A stretch of DNA of 56,770 nucleotides. It comes from Macrostomum lignano (lineage: Eukaryota). This document shows, piece by piece, positions 37,726 to 49,420 of the stretch. The DNA lies in contig NIVC01004173.1 in NCBI GenBank assembly GCA_002269645.1, positions 1-56,770 on the forward strand, given 5' to 3'. The translations under genes and the position numbers were made by a program. The stretch's first letter is position 1. Every line of letters begins with the position of its first letter. The notes beneath the pieces were generated by a model that did no database searches, had not been told where the DNA came from, and worked only from the letters and a program-made list of their open reading frames with translations.

Positions 37726-38259
37726 CCCTGACTTTCTCTATAATTGTTAAGTAGATGCAGTTAGGGATGAAACTAATATATTTTCGGGCACACATATTTC
37801 CTGAATCAGCAGTCCGCCATGCATGCAAATATTTTTTCTAGTAATTATCTTCAGCTCCATGTACAGTACAGTACGACTTACAAAGATGGCTTTCCCTATC
37901 TGCCTTCCTGTGAATTATTATTAATTATTTTTTGTTTTTGCTTGCGCAGCGGTCAATTATAAAAAAGGCCTGAAATATAAAAAATAAGTTTTCTATATTG
38001 CATTGATTGCTTGTTTGTTGACTGACAATTTATAAGATAGTAAAATTGAAACTTGCTTTATTCTGTTAACCGTATAGTTGTATTCACCGAAGTTAAGCAA
38101 CGTTGGGTTTGGTTTTCATTGCATAGGCATTGATTGCATAGGCTTAGGGGCAGGCTCTCACTTGTTTGCGGGAGCGCGGTTTGGTTCGCCGGTGGCGGCC
38201 AGACCTACATGTACCTCGATCTCGCTGGGCTGGCCCGGCCCCCAATGGTAGACCCTGAC

Positions 38260-38614
38260 CAGGGGCGTCGCCATGGATTTTATGGTCGGAGGGGGGACAA
38301 AGCCAAAAATTCCACAAGTACACGCACATGACTAAATTCCTACATATCCAGTATTATGAGAATCGTGTTGTCAGCGCTCATTTTGGCGCCGCAGACACTC
38401 ATTTTGGCGCCGTAGGCATTTCTTTTTTAGCGCTGCAGGCACTCATTTTAGCGACATAGGCATTAGACGAAGGCGCTAAATTTTGACGCCCTGAAGAGAA
38501 ATTATTGATTACCACAAGTCACAAGGCGGGTTGGGGGGGACAAAGCATTGGCAAATGTCCCCCCCCCATAGCTTTTACTGGGAGGGGGGACATCCCCCGG
38601 TGGCGACGCGCCTG
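38260..38614. mobile_element. 355-bp hAT-like MITE with 8-bp TSD
   Basis: CAGGGGCGTCGCCA / TGGCGACGCGCCTG ends; ACCCTGAC at 38252-38259 and 38615-38622. Confidence 0.85.
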
Positions 38615-38730
38615 ACCCTGACTGATTGGTAGCTGACGCCCGTGAATGGTGGTCCCTGAGGAGACTGCGAATCCACAAGCGGTGCCATAGCCTTGCCAAT
38701 AATAATTGAGCTTTGCAGTTAAAAATAATG

Positions 38731-39024
38731 ATAATTGATTACACCTGCCATATAGTTGCACAAGGTGTGCAACCGACAGCTCAGCCGCAGCTACATGTAT
38801 TGCACGGTGCATCTGAAGGCAGTGTGCGGCTGTTCGGGGGTCGCCACACCCTCAATTACCCCAGCTAATGCTGGCACCCATTTTACAGCATGGTGAATCG
38901 AAACAGTGCAGAGTTAATTAGTGTCTTGCTCAAGGACAAATTGTTCCAGTGGCTTTGGGAATCGAACCCCTGACTTTCAAATTTTGAGTCCGATGCTCTA
39001 ACGTAAACACTAGGCTACAACCCC
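38731..39024 (-). mobile_element. Full-length CORE-type SINE copy
   Basis: Reverse complement aligns with 23956-24253 (tRNA head, CORE, CAGGTGTAATCAATTAT tail). Confidence 0.85.
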
Positions 39025-39560
39025 CTTTCGCAGTTAGGACACCCAATCACCTATGAAGGCATATACGAACCCCGCCGAATGGTTAGCCCACCGGAGACTC
39101 CCATAGGGACCAAAACTTGAGGTGGCGGCCCGAGATTAGGCCCCTATGGTGGACCAATCCACTATTCTCAGAGGTGTATAGTCCTTGAACGGGCTGATGC
39201 ATGGGTCGTCCAAAAGCGACCTATTGCGCCGTCAGCGACATCAGCTGACAGGCTAAATCGACATTGCGCGCGCCGAATCGCTCTGCCCTACTAGCGCTGC
39301 CATTATTAATTGTTTCAGAAAAATTAGTAGGTCAGCAAGTCCATCTTCTGAAAGTAAAATAATAATGTTTTCGGAAAGATTTAATATTCTATCTACAGTT
39401 AAATCGTGCGCACTCGAGCCTGGAATAAATTTCAAATTATTTAAGATGCCTGACGAATCTGGTGTTATTCGAATCAACAAATTTTAATTACAACAGTCTG
39501 CAACTCAATACTGCGTACTCTGACACAGTATTAAGTTATTTCTAATTCCCCAGGTACAGC

Positions 39561-39620
39561 ACGAGGTTGTGGCGCTTCTAGCTTTGAGTCTGGCTGCTTT
39601 AGTGCAGAGTGCCTTCTCTG
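39561..39620 (+). pseudogene. Inactivated duplicate of the signal-peptide exon
   Basis: Copy of 48603-48660 with ATG changed to ACG and a 2-bp insertion; GTGAGT donor retained. Confidence 0.75.
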
Positions 39621-39720
39621 GTGAGTTTTTAACACAGACATAAGTACAGTCTGACCCACACTGAAACTATAGCTGACCCATATTGGAAAAGCCTGGATTT
39701 AAACTTCTTGAGTTTGTTAG

Positions 39721-40222
39721 AACAGTCCAATCCTTATGATAGCAGTCTGACAACCACTAGAGCAGTCTGACACACACTAGAGCAGTCTGACACACACTAG
39801 AGCAGTCTGACATCCACTAGAGCAGTCTGACACACACTAGAGCAGTCTGACAACCACTAGAGCAGTCTGACAACCACTAGAGCAGTCTGACACACACTAG
39901 AGCAGTCTGACAACCACTAGAGCAGTCTGACACACACTAGAGCAGTCTGACAACCACTAGAGCAGTCTGACAACCACTAGAGCAGTCTGACACACACTAG
40001 AGCAGTCTGACAACCACTAGAGCAGTCTGACACACACTAGAGCAGTCTGACACACACTAGAGCAGTCTGACAACCACTAGAGCAGTCTGACACACACTAG
40101 AACAGTCTGACACACACACTAAAGCAGTCTGACACACACTAGAGCAGTCTGACACACACTAGAGCAGTCTGACACACACTAGAGTAGTCTGACACACACT
40201 AGAGCAGTCTGACACACATACA
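39721..40222. repeat. 20-bp minisatellite AGCAGTCTGACACACACTAG (copy 1)
   Basis: 20-bp periodicity; second array at 48781-49420. Confidence 0.95.
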
Positions 40223-40716
40223 ATCGCGACGAGTCTGCCCATGCTGGGCCAACTACTACCATCTACCAACGTCGAGAGGTCTTCCTTGAGCGTCTCGAGC
40301 AGTACTTCATCTGCAAAGAGGTGAAGGATGAGGCAAATGTGGTTACTCTGATCCAAGGTAGGAACACTTCGTTATATAAGGATCACGTCGATCTGAGAGG
40401 AGGGTTACATCACACTGTGGAGGCTGTGCCAGACAGGCCAAGTGGCGCAGAAGTCTTACGCTGACCTGAGGAAGCTGCTGACAACGCACTTTGCACCAAA
40501 GCTTTCGGAGCTGGCTGCAAGGTTCCGTTTCCAACAACGAACTCAGCAAGCAGGCGAGAGCTTCACTGCATTCATCGCGGGGCTCCAGGCTCTGTCAGCT
40601 GACTGCAACTTCGGTGTGTCTCTAAATGAGCGGCTCCGAGACCAACTTGTGTTCGGCCTTCGAAGTGACGCCTTCCGAGCCAAGCTGCTGGAAGTGGTTG
40701 AGCCGACCTTCGAATC

Positions 40717-43700
40717 TGTGAATTGGCTGTCTTATACCGATTTGAACTATACTGCTTTGTGCGTTTGGCTGCTCAATTTTAGCTTACCACTATAGACCCT
40801 TTCCTCCACTGAACTGATCGATTTCTGTTTATACGTACAGTACTTCTTCGCAATGTACATCGTTCGTCCTAACTACATGTACTCAGTTCTATAATACAAT
40901 ATAAAGGACCAACGCGTCAGTTAAAAAACGCTGTTTACAACTTGCGGCTCAAGCCAATTCAATCGCTTCGTCTCAATCTCAATTCATCACAATGGCGACG
41001 AGGACTTTTGGCCAAATTCCAGAACTTTCAGCTGAATCAGACCTTGAAATCTACGCTGAGCGCATGAACCAATATTTCATATGCAACAAAGTTGAGACTG
41101 CCGAGGCCAAGCGTGCTATCTTTCTTACTGCCATTGGTGAGAAGTACTACAAATTGCTTCGCGACTTGTGTCAGCCACAGAAACTGACTGAAAAATCCTA
41201 CGAAGATCCGCAGGACATACTAAAGAAGCATTGCTCGCCCGAACCTTCGGAGATCGCCGCACGTTTCAAATTTCAGCAACGTCTTCAGCAAGATGGTGAA
41301 TCTTTCGCTAATTTCTTGGCAGGGCTGAAAAATGCTGCAAACCATTGCAAGTTTGGCGAATCCCTTCAGGAGCGACTTCGAGATCAGTTTTTGTTCGGAA
41401 TGAGAAGCGACAATTTCCGCTCTAAGCTACTCGAGAGTTCGGATCATTCGTACGCTGGGCTGATCAAACTGGCCTTGGACCTCGAAGCTGCTCACAAATC
41501 TTCAAGCGAGATGGCGCACACTTCAGAAACCAATCGAGTCAGCGCGAATCCATCAGTGGCACGCCCGAGAGCACAGTACAACATCAGCCAACACTCTGGT
41601 CCCGCTGGATCAGCATCCAAGCCAGGCACCTGCGACAGCTGTGGAGGTCCACATTCGCGTCAGAACTGTAAATTCCGTAACTCGAAATGCCATGCTTGCG
41701 GGAAGGTTGGCCACATTAAGAAGGTTTGCAGGTCAGCAAAATCTGTGAAACTCCTGGAGGAGAATGAAACCGGGTCTCAGTACGACGAAGAAAACTACGA
41801 GGAAGAGCCAATATTTCATGTCTCAATGACTTCCAAGTCCCCGATTCTGGTGCCTCTGCAAATCGAGGAAGTGCAATCTCATTTTGAGCTGGACACAGGA
41901 TCTGCTGTAAGTCTCGTTCCCAAGGCATTCTATGATAGCCATCTGTCTCATCTGCGACTGCATCCGTCCAAGACGACTCTGCGAACCTACACGGACCAGG
42001 AGTTCTCTCCGATCGGAGAAGTAACAGTGAAGGTCACTTACGAAGGGCAGGAAGCTTCTCTGCCGCTACTCGTGGTGTCTGAAGGCAGCGCTCGACTCCT
42101 GGGACGCAACTGGCTAACCGTCATCCGCCTAGACTGGCCTCGCTTGACAGCACCCGTCAACTCGTTGATCGCAGCACCTAATGATATGGCTACTGAGCTG
42201 GTCCGTCAGTTTCCGGATGTCTTCGCCGAGGGTCTCGGTAAGTATCGCCTCAGTGAAGTCGACCTTCATTTACAAGAAAATGCTACGCCAAGGTTTTACA
42301 AGGCGCGACCGATTCCCTATGCTCTGCGTGAGACCGTCGATTTAGAGCTTCAGCGCATGGAATCAGAAGGGGTCATCACTCCAATAGCGACTTCTCAATG
42401 GGCTGCCCCGATTGTGCCAGTAGTAAAGAAGGACGGGTCTGTACGAATCTGCGGAGATTACAAGTGCACATTCAACCAGGTCGCAAAGCAAGAGCACTAC
42501 CCGCTGCCGAGGATCGAAGATTTATTTGCGAGACTGGGTGGCGGCCACAAATGGAGCAAACTCGACCTGGCAAAGGCATTTCTGCAGCTCCCAATATCAG
42601 AAGACAGCAAACAGTACCTCGTTATCAACACTCAACGTGGACTGTTCAAGGTGAACCGCCTGCCATTCGGTATCTGCTCGGCCAGTGCAATTTTTCAACG
42701 CATCCTTGACAGTCTGCTCGGGCATCTCAACGGCGTCCAGGTTTATCAGGACGACATCCTGGTTACCGGGTCTTCACTGGCGGCTCACAAAGAAAATCTG
42801 CTGCAAGTCCTGCACAAGCTTCAAGAGGCCGGACTGCGTCTCAACGTCGCCAAGTGTGCTTTCTTCCAAGACTCCATCGACTATCTGGGCCACCGAATTG
42901 ACCAACACGGGCTGCGGCCGCTCGAGAGCAAGGTCGACGCCGTTCAGAACGCGCCGGCTCCGAAAGACGTATCTCAGCTGCGATCCTATCTGGGAATGCT
43001 GACGCATTACGCCAAGTTTCTTCCCAATTTGGCATCAGTCGTGGCGCCGCTTAATCAGCTCTTGTCGAAGGGCGTCAGCTGGCTTTGGAGCGACCGCGAG
43101 AACGAAGCCTTCCAAGCATCGAAGCGAATGCTGCTCGAATCAAAAGCTCTGATGCACTTTGACCCAAATCTGCCGATTCGTCTCGAGTGCGACGCTTCCG
43201 CGTACGGCATTGGCGTGGTTCTCAGTCACCGGGTGGGCGGTCAGGATCACGCGATCGCATTTGCTAGCAAGTCGCTGACTTCAGCCCAGCGAAACTATTC
43301 TCAGCTGGATAAGGAGGCACTAGCCATAATCTACGGTGTCCAACGCTTCCATCAATTCCTCTATGGTCGGCACTTTACGATTGTCACTGACCATCAGCCT
43401 CTGCTGGGATTGCTGGGCCCAGACAAAGAGATTCCGACACGTGCGGCTGCCAGGATGCAGCGATGGGCCATCCGTCTATCTGGATACCGGTACGCCATGG
43501 AGTTCAGGCCCACCCAGAAGCACAGCAATTGCGACTCTCTTTCTCGATTGCCTCTAAAAGGAAACTTTATTGAAGAAGAGGCGGTGCACTCGCTCACGCT
43601 CGAGGAGGACTCTTCCATTGCTGTGACTGCGGCTTTGGTCGCCAAAGCAACTCTGGCTGACCCTATACTGTCCAAGCTGCTTCGCCTTCTGCAATCCGGA

Positions 43701-45564
43701 GAGCGACTATCCGGCAAAGAATTTCCAGAGTTCGCTCATCAGCAAAACGAGATGACCATCGAAGCCGGCTGCTTACTCTGGGGGACTCGCGTTATAATCC
43801 CGGAGTCCCTGCGCAAGGCCGTCCTACAGGAACTCCATTTGGCTCACACCGGTGCCAGTCGCATGAAAGCCCTGGCACGCAGTTTTGTTTGGTGGCCAGG
43901 GCTGGACAAGGACTTGGAGCAGTTGGCTAGAACATGCGAAACCTGCAAGGCTCACCAGTCTGATCCAGCCAAAGCTCCGGTGCATCCTTGGATATTTCCC
44001 AGCGAACCTTGGAGCAGAATTCACTTGGACTTTGCTGGTCCTGTTAATGGGCGAGTCTACCTGGTCATCACGGACGCTCACAGCAAATGGCCCGAGGTTC
44101 GTCTAGTCAAGGATACTTCAGCAGACAGCACCATCGCACATCTCTGTGAAATCTTCAGCCGTCTGGGCCTACCAAGAATTATTGTCTCCGACAACGGGCC
44201 TCAATTCATTTCCAGGGAATTCGCGAGCTTTACACGCAGCAACGGCATTCGGCATGTCACGTCAGCGCCTTACCATCCTGCTACAAACGGTCAAGCTGAA
44301 AAATTTGTACAAACACTGAAGCTGCACATCAGGAAATCCGGTCACTCCGCCGCTGCTTTGCAACGCTTTCTCTTCGCCTACAGGGTAACGCCGCATTCGA
44401 CTACAGGCACCTCTCCCAGCGAACTGCTTCTGGGACGTCGGCTGCGCTCCAGACTGGACCTTCTGCGGCCATCTCTAGTAGACCAAGTGTGCGATCGGCA
44501 AGAGGCTGCCGCTGAGTCCCAGCGCCGCACCCGGTTCTTCGGGGTCGGCGACAATGTTCGAGTGAAAGGATTCGGCAAGGAATCCGGCTGGCTGCCTGGA
44601 GTGGTCGTCGCGGCGTCGCAACGGAACTACGATGTTCGAGTTGGCACCAGCATCGTCCGGCGGCACGTTGACCAGATGCTGCCTGGTTCGGCGCAGCCTC
44701 CGCCATCCGCCGCTGACTCTCAACACCTCGGCACCAGCATCTCGACTCCATCGTCGGCGCCTCCGGCTCTAGATGTTCTGAGCCCCGCGGCTGTCTCCGA
44801 GCCCGCTATCCAGCCACCATCGGAGGAAAGAGCCGCGGTCCCCGCAGGCCCGGCAGACAAGGCGGCAGCCGCGGACGCGGACGTACCTGACCAGTTGCCA
44901 GAGGGTGCGACCCGACGATACCCGCCTCGAATTCGGTCATGTCCAGAGCGACTTCAAGTGGGGGTGTGATGAGTGACTGTGCGGAAGCTGACAATGATCT
45001 TGAACTGACTTTTCGCAAATTCTCCTGTCTTTCATGCAACCCATTATTACGTATGTTTCTCCAATACAAATTATTGATTCACTACTAATTCTAGTTTTCG
45101 ACAATGCAATATTTCGCTATTTTGTTCGACACAATTTTATTTCCTTACTTTTTATCTGCTCTGCAATTGTGTTTGCTAATTCGATTGTTTTCCAATACTA
45201 CAATACTACATGTACGCTATCGTCGATTCGCTTTTCGTAAAAATTCATCTCATTGATCCCACTTCCCCTTGGGGAGGGAAGTGTGAATTGGCTGTCTTAT
45301 ACCGATTTGAACTATACGAGCGTACTGCTTTGTGCGTTTGGCTGCTCAATTTTAGCTTACCACTATAGACCCTTTCCTCCACTGAACTGATCGATTTCTG
45401 TTTATACGTACAGTACTTCTTCGCAATGTACATCGTTCGTCCTAACTACATGTACTCAGTTCTATAATACAATATAAAGGACCAACGCGTCAGTTAAAAA
45501 ACGCTGTTTACAACTTGCGGCTCAAGCCAATTCAATCGCTTCGTCTCAATCTCAATTCATCACA
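40717..45564 (+). mobile_element. Element A: intact Gypsy LTR retrotransposon (Mag-like); LTRs 40717-40991 and 45282-45564
   Basis: TG...CA LTRs, identical by eye except an 8-bp indel; GAATC TSD at 40712-40716 and 45565-45569; PBS-like TGGCGACGAG at 40993; PPT GGGGAGGGAAG. Confidence 0.97.
40992..44969 (+). CDS. Single-ORF Gag-Pol polyprotein (1325 aa)
   Basis: CX2CX3HX4C plus CX2CX4HX4C knuckles, LDTGS protease, YQDD RT, CDAS RNase H, HHCC plus DDE integrase in Gypsy order; no stops. Confidence 0.97.
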   Translation: MATRTFGQIPELSAESDLEIYAERMNQYFICNKVETAEAKRAIFLTAIGEKYYKLLRDLCQPQKLTEKSYEDPQDILKKHCSPEPSEIAARFKFQQRLQQDGESFANFLAGLKNAANHCKFGESLQERLRDQFLFGMRSDNFRSKLLESSDHSYAGLIKLALDLEAAHKSSSEMAHTSETNRVSANPSVARPRAQYNISQHSGPAGSASKPGTCDSCGGPHSRQNCKFRNSKCHACGKVGHIKKVCRSAKSVKLLEENETGSQYDEENYEEEPIFHVSMTSKSPILVPLQIEEVQSHFELDTGSAVSLVPKAFYDSHLSHLRLHPSKTTLRTYTDQEFSPIGEVTVKVTYEGQEASLPLLVVSEGSARLLGRNWLTVIRLDWPRLTAPVNSLIAAPNDMATELVRQFPDVFAEGLGKYRLSEVDLHLQENATPRFYKARPIPYALRETVDLELQRMESEGVITPIATSQWAAPIVPVVKKDGSVRICGDYKCTFNQVAKQEHYPLPRIEDLFARLGGGHKWSKLDLAKAFLQLPISEDSKQYLVINTQRGLFKVNRLPFGICSASAIFQRILDSLLGHLNGVQVYQDDILVTGSSLAAHKENLLQVLHKLQEAGLRLNVAKCAFFQDSIDYLGHRIDQHGLRPLESKVDAVQNAPAPKDVSQLRSYLGMLTHYAKFLPNLASVVAPLNQLLSKGVSWLWSDRENEAFQASKRMLLESKALMHFDPNLPIRLECDASAYGIGVVLSHRVGGQDHAIAFASKSLTSAQRNYSQLDKEALAIIYGVQRFHQFLYGRHFTIVTDHQPLLGLLGPDKEIPTRAAARMQRWAIRLSGYRYAMEFRPTQKHSNCDSLSRLPLKGNFIEEEAVHSLTLEEDSSIAVTAALVAKATLADPILSKLLRLLQSGERLSGKEFPEFAHQQNEMTIEAGCLLWGTRVIIPESLRKAVLQELHLAHTGASRMKALARSFVWWPGLDKDLEQLARTCETCKAHQSDPAKAPVHPWIFPSEPWSRIHLDFAGPVNGRVYLVITDAHSKWPEVRLVKDTSADSTIAHLCEIFSRLGLPRIIVSDNGPQFISREFASFTRSNGIRHVTSAPYHPATNGQAEKFVQTLKLHIRKSGHSAAALQRFLFAYRVTPHSTTGTSPSELLLGRRLRSRLDLLRPSLVDQVCDRQEAAAESQRRTRFFGVGDNVRVKGFGKESGWLPGVVVAASQRNYDVRVGTSIVRRHVDQMLPGSAQPPPSAADSQHLGTSISTPSSAPPALDVLSPAAVSEPAIQPPSEERAAVPAGPADKAAAADADVPDQLPEGATRRYPPRIRSCPERLQVGV

Positions 45565-48500
45565 GAATCCCTGCAAGAGAAGGCGATGTCGCTGGAGTCA
45601 GCTGAGCGTTCGTCCCTGGAGATGGCACAAAAGGCAACACCGCAGTCTGCGGCCAATCTGCAATTTTTCGGCAAGAGAGAAAGCCGCAAGCAGGCGACAT
45701 CAGCGCACCACAGAGGGCATCGGTTCAGCGGTGGCAACCCCGGCAGCGGCAACGGCGGCTGCGGCAACGGCGGCTGCGGCAACGGCTGCGGCAACGGCGG
45801 CAGCGGTATCGGCGGCAGCGGCATCGGCGGCAGCGGCAGGTCCTCTGCCCAAGATCGAGGACCTGTTTGCCAAGCTGGGAGGCGGCTGCAAGTGGACAAA
45901 GCTCGATCTGTCCAATGCCTTCCTGCAGCTTCCGCTCGCCGAAGTCAGCAAAGCCTTCGTCACGATCAACACGCCAAAGGGACTCTACCAGTTCAATCGC
46001 ATGCCTTTTGGCATCAAGTGCGCCACTGCGATCTTCCAACGGACGATGGACACTCTGTTAGGAGGTCTCGACTCTGTCCAGGTGTTTGTCGATGACATCC
46101 TGGTCACCAGCAAGACGATGCAGCAACATAAGAAAAACCTGGAAGAAGTTCTGCAGCGCCTCCTTGAGTCGGGACTCAGGCTGAACAAGCAAAAGAGCCC
46201 GTTCTTCACGGACTCTGTCGAGTATCTGGGCTACCGCATTGACGCATGTGGACTCAGCCCGCTGACGGACAGGGTGGCCGCAATTCAAGACGCCCCGGCG
46301 CCGAAGGACATCAGCCAGCTGCGCTCGTTCCTCGGCATGCTGACTCAGTACGGCCGGTTCCTGCCTAACCTGTCCACCGTAGTAGCGCCGCTCAATCAGC
46401 TGCTGGACAAGGACGTTCGCTGGACGTGGGACAAGCCGCAGCAAACCGCCTTAAGCTAAGCGTCTGCTGCTCCATTCACCGGTGCTTGTGCACTTCAACC
46501 CGGATATGCCGCTGCGGCTCGAGTGTGACGCTTCACCATACGGAGTGGGCGTGGTGTTGTCCCATCGCATCAACAACAAAGACTGCGCAGTGGCATTCGC
46601 TAGCCGCACCCTGAACGCAGCACAGCGGGGCTACTCGCAGCTCGACAAGGAAGCGCTGGCCATAATGTTCGGGCTGCACCGCTTCCATCAATTCCTCTAC
46701 GGCCGGAGATTCACGATAGTCACTGATCACCTGCCGCTACTCGGGTTACTGGGCGAGCGGAAAGGCATCCCGGCACACGCTGCAGCCCGCATGCAGCGGT
46801 GGGCGATCCGGCTGGCGAGCCATGACTACACGCTAGAGTTTGAGCCGACGGAGAAGCACGCCAACTGCGACTCGCTGTCCCGGCTGCCATTGCCGCAGCA
46901 GTTCGAGGAGGAGACAGCGGTTAACTCGCTGCTGATGGACGAGGGCGCAGGTTCGGCCGCCACTGCAGCGACGGTGGCGCGGCTCACCAGGACGGATGCG
47001 GTGCTAGGTCGCGTGCTGCGCTGCCCGCAGACGGGTTCGACTATCTGCGCCGACCTGACCGACTTCGCCAGGCGCCAGAGCGAGCTGTCCATTGACCAGG
47101 GCTGCGTGCTGTGGGGCGTTCGAGTTGTGGTGCCAGCCGCCCTGCGATAACAAGTGTTGAACGAGCCGCACCAAGCCCACCCTGGCATCAGCCGCATGCG
47201 CGCCCTCGCGAGAAGCTACGTCTGGTGGCCAAGTATTGACAAAGACCTGGAGGCCGCAGTAAAAGCCTGTCGCACCTGCCAGCTCAATCAGGCGGATCCA
47301 TCCAAGGCCCCGGTGCAGCCATGGCCATTCCCGACTGAGCCATGGGAGCGGTTGCACATCGACTTCGCGGGACCCGTGGAAGGCCGCACTTACCTGGTCC
47401 TGGTCGACGCGCACAGCAAGTGGCCAGAGGTGCACAGGATGAGCAGCACCACTGCAACTGCGACGATCAGCTGCCTGGGAGAAATCTTCGCTCGTCTCGG
47501 CCTACCGAGAAGCTTGGTGTCGGACAACGGGCCACAATTCGCTTCGGCCGAGTTCGCTGAGTTCGTCAGTTCCAACGGCATCCGGCACATCTTCTCGGCG
47601 TCATTCCACCCGGCGACCAATGGCCAGGCCGAGCGCTTCGTCCAGGTGCTGAAGCGGCATTTGAGTAAGTGCGGTCACCCCGATGAGCAACTTCAACGAC
47701 TGCTGATGGCCTACCGCAACACTCCGCACAGCGTCAGTGGCACCGCGCCGAGTCAGCTGCTCATTGGCCGCCAGCTGCGCAGCCGGCTGGATCTCCTGAC
47801 ACCATCGTTGACTTCGGCCACGCAACAGCGACATCAGCTTCAGCAGCAGCGGCCAGTGCGCCAGTTCCAGCCTGGAGATCGCGTGCTCTACCGCGATTTC
47901 AGCACTGCTGCTCGTGCAGGAGAAAGCAGTCGCTGGGCCGAAGGTGTCATTGTCAATGCCGGCACTCGCAACTGCACAGTCGATTCCGGACGCGGCGTAC
48001 AAGCGCGACACGCTGACCAGCTGCTGTCGGCTCCCGCTGGGTTGGCCGAATCGAACAGCAGCACAGCCCCGGCCGAGGACTGCGCGGCACCTGACGCTGG
48101 CGGCACGTCGGCCTCGCCGCAGGCAGACACTGCTGACGCTGCTAACGAGTATCCCGGCGCTACCCGAATCGAGTTCGAGCACCACCTGACAGATTGATGC
48201 TGCAGTGAGGGCGTTAACTAAGGGGGAGGTGTGACATCGTGACACGTTGAACTTTGTTATGGGTTGCATGCACTGAAGTGTTGACTCACGGCGATTGCTA
48301 TTGACCAGCTTAATGATTTGAATGGTATTGTATTCAACACCCACCCCATGCGCACGCTTGAATTTGTCTGCAGCCACCACCTCATTGCTAACTAATAAGT
48401 ATTGTCAGCCTAGCTCTCAGCCTTTCTCACTCCTGCAATTATACACTACTGCCTCAGTTACAATATTAAAGATATCGCAAAAAGTATATTAATAAAATTG

Positions 48501-48780
48501 GCACCTTGAATCGTTGATCCTCGCTGACTACTTCGGAGTTTATTGATCAAATTCTAGTACTCTGACACAGTATTGAGTTATTTCTAATTCCCCAGTTACA
48601 GCATGAGGTTGGCGCTTCTAGCTTTGAGTCTGGCGGCTTTAGTGCAGTGTGCCTTCTCTGGTGAGTTTTTAACACAGACATTAGTACAGTCTGACCCACA
48701 CTGAAATTATAGCTGACCCATATTGGAAAAGCCTGGATTTAAACTTCTTGAGTTTGTTAGAACAGTCCAATCCTTATGAT

Positions 48781-49420
48781 AGCAGTCTGACAACCACTAG
48801 AGCAGTCTGACAAACACTAGAGCAGTCTGACACACACTAGAGCAGTCTGACAACCACTAGAGCAGTCTGACACACACTAGAGCAGTCTGACACACACTAG
48901 AGCAGTCTGACAACCACTAGAGCAGTCTGACACACACTAGAGCAGTCTGACACACACTAGAGCAGTCTGACACACACTAGAGCAGTCTGACACACACTAG
49001 AGCAGTCTGACAAACACTAGAGCAGTCTGACACACACTAGAGCAGTCTGACAACCACTAGAGCAGTCTGACACACACTAGAGCAGTCTGACACACACTAG
49101 AGCAGTCTGACATTCACTAGAGCAGTCTGACACACACTAGAGCAGTCTGACAACCACTAGAGCAGTCTGACAACCACTAGAGCAGTCTGACACACACTAG
49201 AGCAGTCTGACAACCACTAGAGCAGTCTGACAACCACTAGAGCAGTCTGACACACACTAGAGCACTCTGACACACACTAGAGCAGTCTGACACACACTAG
49301 AGCAGTCTGACACACACTAGAGCAGTCTGACACACACTAGAGCAGTCTGACACACACTAGAGCAGTCTGACACACACTAGAGTAGTCTGACACACACTAG
49401 AGCAGTCTGACACACATACA
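48781..49420. repeat. 20-bp minisatellite (copy 2)
   Basis: Same unit as 39721-40222, longer array. Confidence 0.95.

Larger units (their letters stand above)
40223..48569 (+). mobile_element. Element B copy 1: decayed Gypsy retrotransposon (gag, partial RT, RNase H, integrase; protease and RT N-terminus missing), interrupted by element A; 3' LTR ~48230-48569
   Basis: ELAARFRFQQRTQ gag; PLPKIEDLF...FVDD RT; CDASPYGVG RNase H; integrase ORF 47154..48197; PPT AAGGGGGAGG then TGTGAC at 48230; AATAAA at ~48492; internal stops. Confidence 0.88.
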
